Shown here: positions 60,698-64,000 of the stretch, piece by piece
Position numbering within the stretch: the stretch's first letter is position 1
Layout of the letters: each line of letters begins with the position of its first letter
From: Mobula birostris
Lineage: Eukaryota
Length of the DNA stretch: 64,000 nt
NCBI RefSeq assembly: GCF_030028105.1
Contig: NC_092380.1
Coordinates: forward strand, 22,097,144 to 22,161,143
Direction: 5' to 3'
The notes under the pieces: generated by a model
The model's input: only the letters and a program-made list of their open reading frames with translations
Told to the model about the DNA's origin: nothing
The model's database searches: none
Made by a program: the position numbers and the translations under genes

Positions 60698-61209
60698 GTA
60701 AGGAGAAAACACCTCACAACGAACACTTTTGTTTTTATCTGAAAAAGCGTTTACAAATTTGAGGTTGGGGCAAAGAGTCATAGATTCAAAGAGCATAGAA
60801 AGAGGCCCTTCAGCCTGTCTTATCCATGCTGACCATGGTGCCTGTCAAAGTCAGTCCCATTTGCCAGTGTTTGGCCTATACCTCTCTTGATAAACCCTTC
60901 CTGTCATGAACCTATCTAAATGTCTTTTAAATTTTGTTAACGTACCTGCCTCAAATACTTCGTTTGGCCGTTCACTCCATATACTGACCACCATCTGGGT
61001 GAAGAAGTTGCCCCTCCAGATACTTTTTCAATCCCAAGCCTCACACTTTAAACTTTTGCCCTGTAGTTTTTGCTTCTGTTTCCCTGGAAAGAAGACTCTG
61101 TGCATTCACCCTGTCTAAAACCTATCTCTGCCATCTCTCCTATACTTTGCTTCACTCACCGTAAAATGACGCCATCTTGTGTAATCCTGTAATCTATTTC
61201 GGATCTCCA

Positions 61210-61640
61210 GCAGAGAATACAGGAAAGTGTAGGCCTTTCGGCCTTATGATGTTGTGCTGACCTTCTAACCTGCTCTAAGGTCAATCTGACCCTTCCCTCC
61301 AAGGTCAATCTAACCCTTCCCTCCAAAGTGGCCTCCATTTTTCTATCATCCATGAGACTCTTAAACGTCTCTAATGTATCTGCCTCGACCACCTCACTGT
61401 ATTAGCCATTACCACCCTAGAGAAAAGATCTCTGGCTGTCCATTCTATCTATGCCTCTTATCATCTTATACATCACATGAAACTGACTTCTCGGTCTCCT
61501 TTCCTCCACAGAGAAAGGCCTGATCTCACTCATCAGACATGCTGTCTTGTCCAGACAGCATCCTCGTAAATCTCCTCTGTGCCCTCTCTAAAACTTCCAT
61601 GGCCTTCCTATAATGGGGCGACCAGAACTGAACGCACACC
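61210..61640 (-). mobile_element. CR1-clade LINE 3' fragment (another at 60780-61140)
   Basis: Reverse complement of the 22800-23330-type CR1 tail. Confidence 0.7.
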
Positions 61641-61909
61641 TCGTCTATTCTGGGACCTCAGTGCCTGAGTCCCTCCACCTCACCCACCCAGTGATGTAGT
61701 GGCCAGGCGTGCAGTTCTTTCCAGCTGTTTCTAAAAGTGTTTGACATCCAGCGAAGTGTGGCCTGGCCGGTGTGGTCATCATTGTAATGTAGAAAATGTG
61801 TCCCCCAATGTATTCATACAGCACAGAAACAGGCTCTTCAGCCCATCTGCTCCATACCAACCAAGATGACCATCTGAGACAGTCCCATCTGTCAGCATTT
61901 GGCCCACAT

Positions 61910-62207
61910 CCTTTTCCTTCAGGCCTTTACCTTTTCCTCCTATCTCCTCCCAACTTCACACTTCATCCTTCTTCCCCACCCCCCTACCTTCCTTCCCCCT
62001 CACCTGGTCTCTCTTATCACCTGCCAGTTTGTATTCTTTCCCCTCCAACTCCCCTCCCATCCCCCCCCCCCCACATCTTATTCTGGCTTCTTTCCCTTTC
62101 CTTTCCCGTTCTAATGAAGAGTGCTGGTCTGAAACGTCAACTGTTCATTCCTCTCCACAAATGCTGGCTGACCTGCTGAGTTTCTCCAGCATTTTGTGTG
62201 TGTTACC
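61910..62207 (+). mobile_element. Penelope 3' end and pLTR with variant hammerhead
   Basis: Pyrimidine-rich 3' region, then gtt CTAATGA aga...tct GAAA cgtc aac (62108-62141) and the pLTR tail. Confidence 0.7.
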
Positions 62208-62410
62208 TTGTGAATGTTCACGAGCTTCCTTCAGCAACTTCCTCTGGCAGCTCAGTCCATGTATGCACTATCATCTCAGTGTCCTTTAAAACCAAAATTC
62301 CTCAGGTCCCTGTTAAATCTCTCCCCATTCACCTTAAACCTTAGCCCTCCACTTCTTGACCCCCCCCCCCCACCCCCGGCAAACCATGGTCATGCTTGGC
62401 TTTAGAAATG

Positions 62411-63950
62411 CAGTGCCTGGAGAGATTACTTAGCCCCCACAACTATTTTCACATCTTACTGTCTCATTTTCTAAATTGCAAAAGTATATTGAAGCTGGAT
62501 TTTTGAATTAATCTACAAAACATTAAATCAAAAGTAAAATTCTAAAACCTGTCAATTTACTAAAAGTTAAAAACAAAAATCGTGAAGTTGAAAAAGTATG
62601 TATCCCCTTTGTAATTAGTACACTAACTTTCCTCAGGTACAATATACCTTACCACCTCTCCCAATTTGTTGATGTAGAGTAGTGGTTGATCACCTGTTTT
62701 CAATGAATGCATAAGAATAAATACCCCCCTCTGCCTGTGAGGTCCAACAGTGTGGTAGATTTTCAACAGACCAAACCAAGTGAAGACAAAAGAACATTCA
62801 AGACAAGTCAGGGAAATGATAATAGTGAAGCCCAAATCTGGGGAAGGCTACAAGACCATCTCAGAGGCACTGAACATACCTCAGAGCTCAGTGCTCATTG
62901 TGAAAAAGTGGAAAAAATATGAAACCACAGCCGCACTGCCTATGTCAGGCCACCCCTCTGAACTAGATGCTGGAGAAGAATTGCTCTTGTAAGAGAAACG
63001 GTCACTCTGAGTGAGCTGCAAAAGTTAGTGGCTGCAACTGAACATGAAGTTCATGGCTCCACCATCTGTAAGGAATTGAACAAAAAGGGCATTTGTGGGT
63101 AAGTGGGAAAATGGCAAAGAAGAAGGCTTGGCTTAAAAAAAGTCATACCCTTACAAAGTGTCACTTTGCAAAGGTACTGCAAAGATGTGGAAGAAGATCT
63201 TGTGGTTGGATGAGACTAAAGTGGAACTTCTTGATGTAAATCTAATGCTGCACATCAGCCAGGTAACACCAACCCTACGGTAAAGTATGGTGGAGGTAGC
63301 ATCATGCTATGGGGATGCTTTTAGCAGCAGGGTCAGGATTGATGGGAAGATGAACGCTGCTAAATACAGAGAGATCCTGGATAAAAACCTGCTAGCCTCT
63401 GCCAGAAAGCTTAAACTGGGAAGGAAGTTCATCCTTCAGCAGGGCAACAACCCAAAGCAAGTTACCAGAGTAACCGTGGAGTGGCTTCAGATGAAGAAAA
63501 CTGATGTCAAAGTCCTGACCTTGCCCCAATTGAGCATCTCTGTCAAGACCTCAAGATTGCTGAGCACCAAGACTCCTCAACTAACCTGGCACAGCTTGAG
63601 CAATTTTGCAAGGAGGAATGGACAAATCTCGCTCCAACTCTTTGTGTAAAGCTAATAGAGACTTATTCAAGAAGCCCACTGGCCATAATCGCTGTGAGAG
63701 GTGGTTCAACTAAGTACTGGGCAAAGGGGGGTGAATTCGTTTGAACTGCTGACATTCCAGTTTCTGAATTTTTAGTCTTTCATATTTTACAAATTTCCCT
63801 GTTTTTTAAGGGGTGGGGCTCTACTGTTAAATAGGAGCATGTGATTCACAAATTTTTAAAAAATCTCAGTAAAATTGATCAAAATCCCTGGTTCTAACAC
63901 TCGTTTATGTGAACAAAGGGTTGGAGGTTGAATGCCTTTTCGAGGCACTG
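62411..63950 (+). mobile_element. Decayed Tc1-family transposon
   Basis: TIRs CAGTGCCTGGAGAG... / ...CGAGGCACTG. Peptides KTKEHSRQVREMII...GEGYKTISEALNIP and IDGKMNAAKYREILDKNLLASARKLKLGRKFILQQGNNPK. Multiple frameshifts. Confidence 0.9.
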
Positions 63951-64000
63951 TTACCTCTCAGAACCTGGAACTTTAAACAGTACAGCACAGGAATGGGCCC

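Noticed and set aside
59254-60796. Antisense ORFs of 262 and 200 aa overlapping exon 4
   Set aside because: Expected shadow ORFs of a GC3-rich coding strand; no independent homology recognised.

Overview
This is a 64-kb vertebrate genomic window, almost certainly from a cartilaginous fish (probably a ray, judging from the HE1/V-SINE, CR1, Rex-like and Penelope repeat families). It contains part of one protein-coding gene on the + strand, PRR12. Coding exons 2, 3 and the 3.5-kb exon 4 are present (52113-52225, 54761-54922, 57177-60697). Exon 1 was not found, so bases 1-52112 appear to be a >52-kb first intron. The introns are mostly transposon debris: CR1, Rex/Babar-like, RTE and Penelope retroelements, V-SINEs and tRNA-SINEs, two decayed Tc1 elements, mariner, hAT and Harbinger non-autonomous elements, and a cleanly delimited 1-kb Helitron. 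There are also two large G-rich minisatellites, which explain the long spurious ORFs. The most notable hidden signal is a dispersed family of minimal type-I hammerhead ribozyme motifs (CUGAnGA...GAAA-CGUC) carried on Penelope pseudo-LTR repeats. About nine copies are visible, several as fold-back pairs. The only copy with a fully intact catalytic core is antisense to PRR12; every sense copy carries a core or stem-II lesion. Other leads are a candidate HDV-like ribozyme in a second retroposon family, a CTCF-like YxF acidic motif in PRR12, a promoter-like motif cluster upstream of exon 2, and several chimeric or nested transposon structures. All assignments are by eye and from recalled family knowledge; no database searches were run.
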